The translations under genes were made by a program, and so were the position numbers. Below the pieces are notes generated by a model. It was not told where the DNA came from, ran no database searches, and saw only the letters and a program-made list of their open reading frames with translations. Of a DNA stretch of 64,000 nucleotides, positions 35,379 through 50,300 are shown piece by piece; within the stretch, counting starts at the first letter, position 1; each line of letters opens with the position of its first letter. Source of the stretch: Ptychomitrium polyphyllum (taxonomy: Eukaryota); NCBI GenBank assembly GCA_973851085.1, contig OZ316776.1, positions 10,230,001-10,294,000 on the forward strand, written 5' to 3'.

Positions 35379-38300
35379 ATGTTGGGGAGTGTGGTGTACC
35401 AGGTGCTGGCTGGCTACCTGGGCTATTATGTCAAAGACATGCAGCGTGAGCAATTCCGGATTGGCCTTTGGAGTGGTAGGCAATTCTTTTACTCCCATTG
35501 ATAACTCATAGGAGCTCGGGTCCCTACAAGCCGGGTGCTTCATGTTTCACTGGCTTGACGCAAAAACTCACTGTGATTCAATTCTTGAATGCGGAAGGAA
35601 TGTTAATCTCATGAGTAGGAGGTTTCTGTTCGTTACTTCAAAGTGAAACAACTACAACACAGGTGTCAATTGTAGCGGGATTCATAGTTTTAGTTCCATG
35701 ATGATTGAAGCGAAGGAGACGAGCTGACGTTGTAGAGTCTGAATTAAGGATTCAGCTCGTTTTGCTTCTCGAGGGGTTCGCAGGGTAGGAACAAGAGTTT
35801 TCCACTCTTAGAAGATAATTTGAACTAGTATGACGTCCAGTTAATGGATATTGAATTGTCGCGTCTTCAAGGTAGTTGAGCTGTTTTTCATCACAAGAAA
35901 GGCATTTATATATAGCTCGTATAGGAAGCTGAATGAGATATTTTGATTAGTACGGTGCTAGATGGAGTCTACATTTATCCGATGTATGAGTATATCACGT
36001 TTGGTTGGGAGTCTAGTGAAAATCAGGTCTTTGATATCGATGTGAGATCTTTACCTACCCCTAGCTTGTAGCTGAGATACTGCCAACAGATGTCATATTT
36101 CATATGTACTGTTGATCTCCTCACACATCTCCCCCGATATGCATCTTAACCCAGATTCTGGCATGTATTAAGCGAGATGCCATTGTTCTGGGCAATACAG
36201 CTTAGGGTTTATTTTTGAAGAGCAAAATTTGTCTCGAGAAGATTTGGTCTTAAGAAATATTCTGGAGAGAAGTTCCATTGAAAATTCTGCGACATGTTTG
36301 ATATGCTGTTCCTGATGTGATCACACCTGGAAGAGGGAAGCAAATGTGAATCATTGAAGTGCCACTTGCTGTTGTGGGTGCAGGAGAGGTTCTTCTGGAG
36401 AATGTGGATTTGCGACTGGAGGCGTTTGACTCCTTGCAGCTTCCATTGAGTATCAAGCAAGGCATGTGGCTGGTCCTCAACTGTAAATTAATAATTTTGC
36501 TACATGCTAGGTGTTGTTGAGCGAGGTTTGAATTGAGAAAATGCTTCAAGTAGCACAAATCAATCCATGCTCTTGGCTCTTCTTACCAACTTGGCTGGCT
36601 GGTGTATTCTGCAGCCTCAATTGGGAAACTTAGGATTCACGTTCCATGGAAAAAGTTGGGTTGGGAGCCTATTCTGATTTCTCTTGAAGACGTTACCATT
36701 CGTGCTGGTCCTCAGGATGACGGAGAGGTATGTTTACTATGTTTGTTTTGTTAATCGGCAATATATTTTTGGGCTTTGCGTCAGGTCCTCGCACGTCTTT
36801 TGTACCTGCTTTAAAAGTCTCCTACTTCTGTGTTTCTGCTTAGAAGTTTCTTTCTCCCCGTTTTGGTGACATTTTGGCATTCCTGACTTTCTTTGGCATT
36901 TTTGATAAAATTCACATCGTGCTTCTATTTCAGTGGGATGCAGAGGCATCTGAGAGGAGAGAGTTGGCGGCTAAGAAAGCTGCTTTGGCGTCAGCAGAGA
37001 TTGCCAAGTTCTCAAAATGTGTTTCTGGTATGGTTTTCTAAGGAGTTACATTTTGGGCACAGTTATGGATCTCCGACCTTGGTGTGCCATCTGTATAGGC
37101 TTTAGTGGGAAAATGCCATGCTCTGAACTTAGATCGTCCAACACTGTTTAGTTGAATCTAATCGCAACTTGTGGTACATCCCATGAGTAATAGACTTTAT
37201 GGATTTTTTCTTTGTTGTTAATGATGATGATTATTATTAGGGTCGTCATCGGCTGTTTAAAAATAGAATCACATTCCTGCTCTATTGTTGATGGCAGGAG
37301 GTGAGTCCTCTTTATGTATATCTCGTGCTTCTATGCTTCTCGCTTTTGCATGAAAAATTCTTTCGGCCTTTCACATATCGCCAGTATACTTTTAGGGGCA
37401 ACTTAATTTCTGTCTAGTTTGAAGATATTCATGTAACTATTTCTTTAATTGAATCAGAAATAGTCGAATTTGCAGATGAAGCGATTGACCTGAATTGTAG
37501 CATACACTTGAAGTTACGAACTTTGCATGTTCCCATCCTTATGCCACCTTCAAACAAGCATGTTTTTAGCTTGAAGATCGTACCTCCTCTGTTGCTGATT
37601 ATTTTGTGTTTTCACAGAAACGAAGTCAGGGCAGTCTTTCTTGTCCAATTTCTTTGGAAAGGTATGATTTTTTGGCTTTGACTTCCTATTTGCGTGAATT
37701 GTTTCATTTTCTTGACACTGGTGTATATAATGAAATACTTTACCACGGTGATGATTTTTCTGAACAGATCATTGATAATGTGCAAGTAGTTGTGAAAAAT
37801 GTTCACATTCAGTACATAGACAAGAAAACTGATCCCGAGGTATGTTTTTGTGACCCATCCTCAACATACCCGTTCAAGTAAGTTCTCAGATATTGCTAGA
37901 TTCAGTAAGGGGATGGTTGAGAAGGAAGCTAGTTGTGATTGTTTCGGTAACCTCCCTAGAGCCGTATTTCTGTTTCGTTGTATGTTGTAATCGTGATTTT
38001 ACATTTGAATTGCTGTGAAAATCTGTGGTTTCTTGAACTGCCTCTTTGAGCATCGAAGTTTTCGTTGATGATCTGGGCTTTTGTTAAATTTATTGTCTCT
38101 TTGATTCTCTGTTTTCAGACTAATTTTGTACAAGTTGTCTATCAATTTTTTGTCACTGTTGGTTCGCATAGCGTGGTTGACTTTGGAATTGATCGCTGCA
38201 AGCATAAGTTTGTGTCATTATGTGGCTTGATACAGGTGATGTTTATGGTTGGTTTAACGTTGTCAGCACTTACAGTTAGCACCAGTGATGCATCCTTTGC

Positions 38301-41300
38301 AGGGTATGTTGCTGATTCTGCAGAACTTTCAAATTCTTTTCTTATGTCGTGCTTTGTACATCCAGAATTTGGATTCATTCATGAAATTAATTATCCTTGT
38401 CTTGTCATCTTCACCTTTCGTCCTATATAGTTTATTAATAGATGTCTTTGTTTGTGGATAAAATTGCATGCTATGCTTGTTTTGATGATGATCACGTGTG
38501 ATTGTAGATCTGTGGGAAGTGGAAAGGTCAAAGGCAATCAAGAGCACAAAGTAGTTGAAGTAAAGCAGCTCGCAATGTATTGGAATCCGCAGAGTCATCC
38601 CTTGGGTGCTTCTTTGAAGGCGACGGACAATCAGATCATAAATGTTTTAGGAAGAGAGGAAGATACTCTTGACAAAGTTGTCTACTTACTGCGTCCAACA
38701 GATGTGACTCTGAAGCTCCTGGTATATGCTTAATTTCTTTCAATCTCATCTTTATTTCATTTGAGAATCGAGATATCTAGTCGTCTCTTTCGAGGGTATG
38801 TATTTCTGTAAAAGTCCGCAAGATGTAATACCTTCTTATTTCTCTAGTATAGAATCACTAACCAAGACCAAAGTAGACGCAGTCTTGTACAATATCCATT
38901 GGGGCCAAATTTTTTAAGAGCAATGACAATTTCAACAAAATAATATAAAATTTATATACCTGACTTAATTTGCTTAATGACTTCAATAAGAACTCTTGCC
39001 GCTTGATTGGAGGCATGATTACATAAGGAAACGCCTTCACTTTTGTATTACTTTCTTTCAGGACGTGATTGTATCTGTCTCTGCTGATAATGATGCATCT
39101 TTTGAACAGCTGAACAAGAACATGACGGGAGAGGAAGGGGTTGCACAATATGCCGTTATAGTTAACGTGGATGATCTGGTGAGTGGCTTTATTCAACACT
39201 CAAGGTTATTGTCGTTTGAACTCCAGGTTGTAGCACAATAATTTTAGGGTTTAACCGACATCTTTGATCACTGAGAGATCCTGTCGCAGACAACGTTGTG
39301 AGGCTTTTAGGTCTTAAACGCACTTTGTGCTTTACCCATTCACACTGCTTTCAAGTGTCAAACTTACTTCGATCTAGAGGTTGGTTATTTTGTTGGCGGT
39401 AGTATTGTTGCTGAACTGTTATGCTGTTATCGTTTGGCTGAAGCATGGTTGACCTCGCATTTAGAAAGCAACTACTATGGTGTAAATTCTTGTATTGTAG
39501 CATGTGTATTGTGTCTTCAGTTTTGGTTACCATTCTCGGCCATTCACTCTATGAGTGGATGTTAAGCGTCTAGTCGTGATACAAATTAGAGTTAATTGTA
39601 TCCTTTTATGGGTATATTTGTACTTGCGTGCAGTAACATGATATTCACAACTATCTTGTTTTTTCTTGAGTTATTGAAGATGTAGTTGAGTGTGGAATGT
39701 TACTGCAGTTACTCGCTTTGGAAGACCTTCAACTTCGGGGAATGCTTTTGCTTTTTGATGCGATCTCCATTGCAAGGGCAAGAGAAAAGTAATAAAGATG
39801 AAAACATTCTGATTGAGCTTGTTGTTTTAGGATACATTGTGTTGTTTAGAATTCAATAACCTTTCCAGTTTATAAACATTTCTAAAAGATCAGGCACTTG
39901 CAGGCCATGAGTATGCTCATTCATTGTGTGAGGCGCTGCACAGCTAGGATTTGGGATGCTAGAGATTCCAGTTCTTTACAAAAACTAACTTGGAGTGATT
40001 TTAAATTGATATTCAGATTTTCTAGAATGCTCTGGTTTAACCACTAGGTTTGTTTTAAATTCATATGTTTTCTAAAAAGATGCTTGTACATGGTTTTTGA
40101 GGTTTAGATATGGAAGATTTCGACCTCAAGCAAATGAAGGACAGGGTGGAGCAAATCCAGATTGGAAAAAACAACTCTGGCAGTATGCTATTGATGCAGT
40201 TTTGTCAGATGTTCGCAAAACTCTTTGGCGACAATCCCTTGGTTACCTTGTCTGGCGGAGGTAAATTTAAGTCTTACATGTGCCTTCTATGTACTGAGTC
40301 TTTGACATAGTATGATGTAGTTGCAGACAGAAATCAGGTTCAAACTTGGTCGAAATTTGAAGTCATGCTCAAGTTCGTGACTAGGTTCTAAAATTCTTAA
40401 GACTAGTCTCTGAGTTTTAAAAGCTTTATTTGTATCAAATGAACTCTTGGACTAGTTTTAGATAGTTCTTGTTACAATTTATCGTCGAGAATTGTTCATT
40501 AGAAGCTTAAAATGAAGTGCCGAGTTATTGCAGGGCGTATCGTGAGCGATATGTGGATTTGTATATAGATAAGCTCGAGAACTTGCAGCGTGGACAGGTT
40601 TGGCAAAACATCTGCTCTTAAAGCGTCTATAGTTGTTTTTAGTATATTTTTATGTGCCAGTTGTTGATGGACTTGTTCTATGTATTCTTGTGTGGTGTAT
40701 CCCTTATATAAAATAGCAATTTACTTCAGAAATTCATCAACGATTGGGATGATAATTGCAATTAGCGATATGCATAGTTTGTGGCTTGTAGTGATCTTGA
40801 TTTAAGCACTTAAATATCAGGAAAAATGCTGATGATCATTCTCATATTGAAATTATCTACGCATGAGGTGTACTGTAGCCTTCAGGGGAGGAGGAGTCTG
40901 CGGAGCTGGAAGAAATTGAGAGGCAATTTGAAATGGATGAAATTCTCTATTTCAGGTCGTTAGCTGAGAGAAAGATGCCTCTTGAGGTAAGCCTTCTCGC
41001 AGCACTTTAATCTTTTCTCGATGCTTTGTGGCAGATGGAGTTCTTTTGAAAGGGCTTTATTTCTTAATAGTTGAGGTCTAGTACATCGCCTAGGTTCTTT
41101 TGGCAAGTCTCACAGACTTTGCTTGTTAGTGGTTATGTAGGCTTATCCGTTTGTTTTGTTATTTCTATTGTTTGTGTGGTGGAATTCATTCTTGACTTCA
41201 TAATTTAGTGTTGCTTGTCTTTCCGAAATTTTATCTAAGAAATGTGGCGCCAGGATATATTTGGTAATGCAGCAATACTTGAGGATGAAAGCGGCAGTGG

Positions 41301-44300
41301 AGCGGAAGGACCAACGGCAGCAGACCTCCTCACACCTCAACCCGTGCTTCAGCAAAAGGGTTGGCTCAATTGGCTTTCTCTTGGATTGCTCGGTGCAGCT
41401 GACCGTCCTGATGCAGGACAGATATTTCCTCAGGAAATTATTAAGGTGAGATGATCTGGTCCGTTTGGTACAGGAACGAGTCATGATTATTCTTTAAGCT
41501 CATGTTTAAGTAATCATGTCGGATTTTTAGCTGAGGAAAAAATGCTGTTTGTGGTTCAGAATGTTTATGAAGCTGCTCAACTTCATCCAATGCCATTGTT
41601 AGAGAGTGGGGAGTCATCCAAGGGCCAGTGTCAACTTGCCATAACTCTGCATGTTGGAGAGCTTTTGGGAAGCCTACACAGCTCGTGAGTTCATATCGTG
41701 GTTCACTGATTCTATCTGACCATCTATCTATTGGCTGCTGTTCTAGTTGATTTATGTAGTTTTGATCTGTTTTCAGACCAAAGGAACCAGTATTATATAA
41801 ATGTGTATGATACATGAGATAGTTGCAAAGTCTTGCGCTCCCACGTTACACCTGTCTCCGAAGCATATTGATAAAACTCCATTCTTCTGCAGAAAATTGG
41901 GTCAAGATATATTGAATATATCAGTTCAAGGCATTGCTGTGACTACTCAGATGTGGCCTGAGAAGACAACTGTGTCAGTGATGGTCCGCACTCTTGAGGC
42001 TGTGGACCTGTGCACTCCTGGCACTCGTTTTCCCCGCATTCTGGCTCCATGGGTACTCTACTTTCACCTTGCAGAAATGTTCGAACGTTCTGGTTGTACA
42101 AGTTTTTTTTTTAAAAACAAATTTTACGCCCACCCCACTCCCCTTTTTCTGGATCAGCCCAACAAGGATGTTCATTCTTTCGAATTGAATAATTAATGAT
42201 TGCAGTGTTATCAGCCAGCATAATTGTTCTGCTGAGTAAATTGTACACTTAGAGCGTTGATTTTAATCGTAATGAAGTAAATTCTTGCAGGGGAAGCTTA
42301 CGTCTCGAGCGTCCCAACGGAAGCCTGCACGACGTAGTTATGCTGAAGCTCTGGCTGGCAGTGGGCTGGTGCGTAGTGTTAGTGATGGCAGTATGTCTAC
42401 CTTACAAGGAAGTTTAAACTCCGATGAAGATGGTTCAACCGGGGAAAAATCTGAGCCACTGCTGCGTGTGGAGGTGGAGTTGCAGCCAAAGAGGAGTAAT
42501 CGTGACTTGACAATTACTGTATGTCACTTGCAGTGTGCTTGCTATATGTATTTTTTATCTTTTACATGTATCCATCTTGTCGGTTGAATTGTGTTAGGAA
42601 CGTCCACACTCACTACCAGCGGGATGTGACCGTATTGTATTTCATTGTGTGTTACCCTAATTTTTTCTCTTTTGTGATGTGTTTAGAGTCGAGTGCTTGA
42701 AATGTGTGATGAGATTTTCTACAGGCATTATCTGATTTTCGTGTGGTGTTCGCTCAGGTGGTCCTTCAACCTATTGAGTTTGTTTATAGTGCAACACTTA
42801 TTGAGCGCGCATCTTCGTTTTTCTCTTTTCCAGCTTCGTATGAGGTTCTAAATGATCAGGTTTGAACGTGATGAAGTTTTTGTACAGTAATGCTGCTTTT
42901 GGATAGATATACTTTTCTTCTAAGATACGGCTTTGCACAATACTATGGAGGCTTGTTTCTTGTTGTACTCTTTTGTTTAGTTTTGACTCAGCTATAATTA
43001 AAATTTATGCACACTAGTGATTTTGGTTTTCCTTGGTATATGTACCGCTGACTATTGCATTCTGTTTGAAGCCATGATTTTACGGGTACTTTAGGCGTCG
43101 CTTTATTCTTTGGGGCGTCTGTGTTTTTGAATTTGCAGGTAGATTCGGCTTTGAAGAAATTGGAAGATGTTGCAGTGACAAACTTCAAGTACCGACTTCA
43201 ACCTATTTCTTTTCAGATCTAATTTCAGTATTCTGAGAGTGAAGTTGTTTCTTAAATGCTATCCAGTATATCGAAAATGCCATCAAAGCTTCTTGGAATT
43301 TAGTGATATCAACATATGTTTGTAAATCTTGCTAGAGTGCTGGCTTGGAAATCCTACTACATGATAGGGTCAATTTACGATGAACGCAAGAATCTGGATT
43401 CAAGTTCATTCTGCTTACTAACGTGCTGAGCTCCACTTTAGATCACTGAATTCTTTTGAGCGTTGGTTTACTGCAGTTGGGTACTTAAGCTTGATGCCAT
43501 TGGTGGATCTTGTTTCCGTATGGTTTAATTGTTTGGTTTTTTCAATTAGGACCTTTTGACAAGGTTGTAGACCGACTTCAAATGCTGTAACTTGCTTAAT
43601 TTAAAGTAATCACCAACCGCCAAATGGATGTGAAGTGATAATGTCGATGTATGTTCATTTGCTGAGAGGTCAAGTGGCTTGAAGATTTCTAACCAAGTCT
43701 TTGGTGTCACTAGACACAAGGTTGTCGAGAAGAAGCGTTTGCGATTATTATTAGACATAAGAAGACCAAATTTCTTGTTTCCAGAAAGCAGCTTGACCTC
43801 AAATGGAATTCTTATGGTATGTATCTCTTCACCTTAGTAAATTTTTGTATTTTGGACTTTTTCTACTTGTGAATAACAGTTGATAATTTTCTTAAGAGTC
43901 ATTCAAGGGTTTGGTGCTTTACAGCTTTGTAAGGAGTATTTTGATTTCTATTTCGTCTTACATATGGCTACATGGCTGTTCTAGATGTGATTTCCTGGCC
44001 GACCATGATGTGATCCTTGACATTTCAGCACTGAATAATGAATCACTGGTACAGTTAGTGAGGCAAAGCTGGACATTATTGTACGCGTCATGTTTCTTTA
44101 CTGGTCTTCACCATTGTCAAAACACGACTCTGAACGTATTCGAAATCATGGGTTGTGTGGCCTGCACTGTATTGATCTCTTGTTCGTGGTGTGGGTTGTA
44201 GATTCTTGCGGTAGACTCTATCATCCTTGCCTCTCAAGAATTGAGGTACGCCTTGGAAGACACATCTTCAAAGGGGCTCTCCAGGACTGCTGTACTTCGT

Positions 44301-47300
44301 AGACATATTGGAATTAAGCATGGGATATTTCCTAGTACTCAGGTACATATCTTTCATAAGATTTAGTTCGAGTTTCCACTTTCAGCATACTAAGCATTGA
44401 GAATACAGGGTTTCGGTGGTAGTTCGTGGTCTTAAAAAGCAATTTTTCGACTTACCAAAATTGATCACCGCCATAAGAGCCAACTACAAATGTTTTGATC
44501 AGACCATTTAAGATGCGAGAAAGAACATGGGGCTGTTCGTTGAGTGTATGGCAACTACTGTAGCCTATGTAAATTGTTTTTAGGATTCTTGATCAGTTTT
44601 TTTAAGTGTATGGCTGATAGGAAACTTACCTGTGAGTGATATACAAATGGATGGTCTTAGGGACAAAATGGCCGCAGCCAAGATGCTGGAGACATTCCCC
44701 TGGACAAGTGCGGGCATTATGACCGCTTTCAGCTGAGGCTGACAGGTGCACAGGTAGGGGATCGTGTTGAATTCAAATTACTTCTGTCTTTTCTATGTTC
44801 TTTCCCAGTAGCATTGTAGACATTTGTGGTATTTGTTCTATGTTTTGATTCTTATCCCGCTTCTGCACCCAACTCGCTTATTGCAGGTTCTTATTTCTGG
44901 AAAATCGGGTGATTGGCATGAAACTCTAAATAGTCATGAATCAGACATGGAGTGGCATTTGGTCAAACGTTTTAATTTGCAAGTTGCAATTGACATCATT
45001 GTCAAAGAGAACCATCTCCTTCCTCGACTGAAGGTGAACAATGGAGACGGGGGACTTATTAATGTTTAATCCCAAGTATTCGCTTATTTGTGATTTTCGT
45101 CTAGTTTTCTTTGATTGAGTTGCAGCCGTTTTTTCCTCGTTTTGTGCTGATACTGTTTGTCCTCTTTTATTGTTACAGATACATGGGAACTTGCCAGCCT
45201 TACGTCTTCATTTCTCTTTAGGGAAATGCAGAGCTGTCAACGATCTTCTTACCAAGCTTCTTGACGTTGGTCAATTGAACAAGGGTGCATCGGATACTGG
45301 TGCATCTGAAAAACATCCTCATGTGAGCACTCATGGCTTCTAATGAAGCAGTTAAATTTTTTGTGTTACACGTCTTTATCAAGGAAGTTTGAATTATGTT
45401 TCTTCTCACCCCCACAATTTGTCCTTGTCCTCAAATCTGATTAATCACCCTCTATACCCTTGTTTCGATTTTAACACTTCATTGTGTCTTGCACCCTTCT
45501 CCTAGGTTGCCGATGGGATGACTTTGTTCACTTGGGAGATGAGCTTAAAGTTGAATGTTGTTACTGTGGAGCTTTCCCTGGATAGTGAACGACATGGTGC
45601 TTTGATGCACATGGAGAAAAAGACTTTGGTTGCACAAGGACAAGATATGACCATCAAGTGAGTTCTTTAAATGGTGTCACTTGAACGATAGATTCTGACC
45701 GAAAATTAAATATTTTAGAGGTTAAGAAATTTGTCTCACAATCAACGAGTATCAGCAGTTTCTGCTCTTAGTGATCATTTCTTTAGAACTTAGCAACTTG
45801 AAAAACACTTCACTTTTGTAGAGGCTTTTATTAAATCTCAGGCTGATGGTTCTTTTGGCAGATACGTACAACGGTCGTCGTATTCAGATTTGGAGCTTCT
45901 CATGAAGACGTTACATGTGGAGGATGCAAGCGAACTAGCAAGCAGTCCATTCCGATATTTGTTATATTGTGTTGGATACCATCGATCCATTACTCCTCGT
46001 ACTACAGTTGTTGATACAAATCCCGTTTCTTCAAAATCAGCAGAGTTATCTGAGGAGAAGTACGCGGCCTGCTTGAAAATGGTTATGGATGGACCAATGG
46101 GTGTGCCCAAATTGGGAGTTATGGCTGCCTTCCATGGTCTCGAGTTTCACATCAATCCCATAGTATTTCGAGCTTTACATGGTTTTGCCTTGGCAGCAAC
46201 AGCTCCAAAGCCTTCGGCGTCCTCTGGAAATTCACATACCTTAACATCTATAAGTGATGCTTCCTCTAATGGCTTTCCCCCTGATTTTCATTCTTTAAAT
46301 GAATATTATTTGGATGGCGAGGAAACTGGACTGTGCTCAGTCTTTTCAGGCCTGCCGATTAAATCACCGGTGCACAATCAAATGCAAGCAATTGCTATTT
46401 CTCCTACCTCTCCTGGCCATCCAAGTAGTTCATCAGACGTGAATACTCAAGATGTGGGGAATAATGAAGGAGAAAGGAACGACAATCTGCTCTTATTCTT
46501 TGAGAAACTTACTAGCCAGCTTCTGCCGCTAAGTGCTATGTTCCACAACCAGGTTGCTCGCAATGATTCTGTCATCGTTGATGTACAGCTTGAGAGTTGT
46601 GGAGTACAGTTTCTGGACGCTGGAGGGACTGTTGGTGTTTTATTGCTTCCGGATGCAACTGTATGTGCTTCAGTACCCTGTGCTACTTCATCTGGCGAAG
46701 AGTCGTGGGAGATTGTAATGGTTTCTTCAGACCTTCAGCTCAAAGGTACTCATTGGGCTTCAGGTAATATCAAAGAGGACCCTGTCGGGAGTTTAAGCTT
46801 CGGACCATCAGCAACTTGGGATGTCAGGGTCAGGAAATCCGAGAATGGCAATTTGGATGTGATAATACAAATTCACAACGCCCAAGTCGTTTTATTAGCT
46901 GATTATTTAGCTGGTTTAATTCAATACTTCGATAGTTCACATTGGACATCCCAGAGCAATTCAAACACAAAAAGTACTGGTAAGAGTTCAACTATTTGTT
47001 GGAAGGTCGAAGTAGAAGATTCAGTGCTTTTTTTGCCTCGAGAGCAAAGCAAAGAGGAGTTTGTGCAACTTGTGCTGGGGGAGTTCCTTTTTACTGCGAT
47101 GGATGACCACAACCCAACAACTCCTTATTATATCGTAGGACAGAAAGTTTCAGTACGAGTGCATGGGAGTGGTCATGATGTTGATGATCGACCTTACCCG
47201 AACTTCGGAAATTCAAGTCGTGGACAAACTTTAGTTGAGAGGTGGGATGGTGAGATGCTGATTGAAATACCCCCTAGTAATTTTCCAACATGTTTGGAGA

Positions 47301-50300
47301 TTCATTCATCTGTATTGGAGCTGATCCTCGATGGTGAGTCATGCCTGACATTCTCAGATTTTATTATTGTTCAGAGCATTCACAAATTATTTGTTTGTAA
47401 ATTACGGTATATTAAGATGCTGTTTTCTCATTTCATTCTTGTTGTATTGTTAATCAAGGGATTGTATAATTTCATGCAGGGAACATTTTGGAGGAGCAGG
47501 CTGAAGCATTCCAATCTATTTCGCAGGACCTTTCTGCTATTGAATGGACATCTAACACCATGGCATTGACAACAGTTCATGGCGGTCTTGCTAGTTGGAT
47601 TCCGGGGAAATATGTTCATGTGAATACTCCCAGTACGAATAGCTTGAACCTAAAATTTTGTGCACTGAAACTTTGCATCACTTTCGCGACTCTTGATCCT
47701 GGTAACAAGGCACTTCTACCAGTTGCCGTTCTTCAGGTAGATTCATTAGATGTAGATCTCTCTTTGAATCAAGGTTTACTGGAAACCTTAGCTCTGGAAG
47801 TTCTTAGTATTGTGCTTTTCCAGCATGCTACTAAGTTAAAATTGCTACAGTGCAAAGGTAGTGAGGAGTTGGCCATTCAGCCAGCACTAAAACTCTCAGT
47901 TCACTCAGAAGGGCCAGAAAGTGAGGTTCACATCTCTCTTCCTTCCACTCAAGTATGGTTTCATATTGCTGCTTGGAGTGAAATAGGTCCTGTCATTGCC
48001 GCTAGCCTAAAACATGGCAAGCCCCAGACTGTATCAATTGATTCCAGTTTGTTAGACGCTTCTGTTGGTTCATCAAAGACACCTCCAAAGGTGGAAATTC
48101 TTGTACTACAAGAAGATTTTGAATACTCTTCGTCCCCAAGCCAAGACATCCACCCTGTTAATGCAAGGACATCGCGTGCCTGTTCTAGTATCGACATTCC
48201 TATGAATAAAAGCCAGCAGTCTAAGAATGCCACTGTGCTTGTCAAAGTAGGTACATTCAGGTTAGCTTTGCTGGTGTTAGATTCTCCTAGCAGAGCACAA
48301 AAGTCTGAACGGGCTGTTCAGGACGAGGACCCTTCTTCATTGCAGAGAACCTCACCAGGAAAACTGCTATCATGCACTCTGTCACTTCGTGTTGACGAGT
48401 TTCGATTTAATAAGGATGGCACGTGGACATTAGTAGCTGGTATTACTCAGGGAGAAGGTAATGTAGTAGAGATTTTTGAAGGCCAAGATGCCTTTCAGGA
48501 ACTTTGCTTTCAAGCTACGGAGATAAATGTTTCTGTAGATGGTAGTTTTCAACAATCACCTGTCGTGAGGTTTGATTTGAAAGTCAATGCGGAGTGCATC
48601 AACTTTTGGTGCTCTTATCCTATCTTGCGCTTCTTTCGTGAATTTACTTTTGAAGAGTTGGAGGCGGGACCTTCTTCAAATTTGGACGTTGAAGGCAAGG
48701 CTGAAGTTTGCTTACAACATGCTTCGATTCTGCTTAGTGATGGTCGTGTAAGTCTCGGATGCCAAAATTTTGCTTACTTGTTGCGGTGCTCTAAAATATG
48801 TGATAACATCTCATCTGCAATTTAAGATCCTGACTATGTTTCATTCCTTGGCCGTCTAGGGTGTAAGTTGGACTCTCTTAACTTAGATTGATTTTGTTTC
48901 GTGCATATTTCTTAGATGTATGTATCGATCATGCTCCTGTTGGCTATCTAGGATGCTACAACTTTGTGGATTTATAGTGCTCTCTGGATCAGTACTAAGA
49001 TTCGCTAAAAGTTTGAGCTTGTGCTTTGAAATGTTTCATGCAGTGGGGTTGCAAAGCACCTATAATGGAGCTCTTGCTGGGAAACATTATTGCACAGGCA
49101 AGCTATTGCGTTCAGAAATTGGAGGCTTCGCTGTCTACTGATTTGGAAGCTAATTACCACAATATGCGTAAGGTAGGTCGTTGTTCCAATCTGGTTGAGG
49201 TCATCAATATTTGATGGCATTCTTTACAAACTTCCATCGCTATAGTAGTTTCAGGTTTGCATCACTGCATCAGGCGGTCTGCTGTAATTCTTATTTGCAT
49301 TAGTTTCACAAAGTAGTTGCTTGAGCAGTGTTTGTTTTCTCTTCTATCGTGAGGTTTTCGAACTTCATAATCTCTATGGAAACTGTGCCTGTCTGGTTAT
49401 TAGGAATTAGACATTGAAAAATGGAAGTTCTATCGACTATTCTGTAAATTGCACCTGTATTCTGTTGTAGGTCGTAGAAACTCTGTGATTGCTATTCCTT
49501 CTTGATTATGTACTTGCTATAGTAGACAGTAGATGCTTTGTCGATTTAATCATTTCAAAGTGTCAGCAGTGCAGAATTTACTATGTTCGATCGGAGAATT
49601 AGATTGTGAATTCAATCCTTTGTCCCACATAGAGGTTTGTATGTGAAACTGTTTGAATCTGAAATTTTCTTGATCAGGTTTCATGGGAGCCTTTAGTAGA
49701 GCCCTGGAGTGTGAGCTCTGCTTTGATAATACAAAACGCGACTGCGGCGCCTAAAAGTCAGGATTGCACAAGGGTCAAGGTGTCGTCATCGGGAAAACTG
49801 AACATCAACATCACAGAGTCTCTTGTGCAGGTAAACATTTAGAATGTAATTGTATATTCGTTTATTCCACCAAGCTTGGCGAACTGTATAGTGTCTGAGC
49901 ATGTAACGATTTTGACATTAATACAGGTAGAAGTTTGAACTGTTGTTAGATTTCAGCTGGAGGGACTAGAGTATTGAGCCAGTCTTGATTCGGCTGCAAA
50001 TTCGAGTGCGCTCTCAATTATTGGTTATTTAAGACATGGATATCCAACTCATTTGCAAGATCTGGTTGTTTTTAGGGGTTGTTTCATTGAGTCCGAATGA
50101 TCTTTTGACGAGTCATGGCAAGAGGAATTTAACACAATTCTTTGAATTCTGTGTTGTAGGCTGCTTCTCGTGCAGCCGAGATGGTTCATGATGCATGGTC
50201 AAATGACTCTATGGCAAGGGATACAAGGCTCGGTAACTCCAGTCAGTATGCTCCTTATTGGCTGCAAAATGATACAGGAGTGGCAATTACTTATTGGCTA

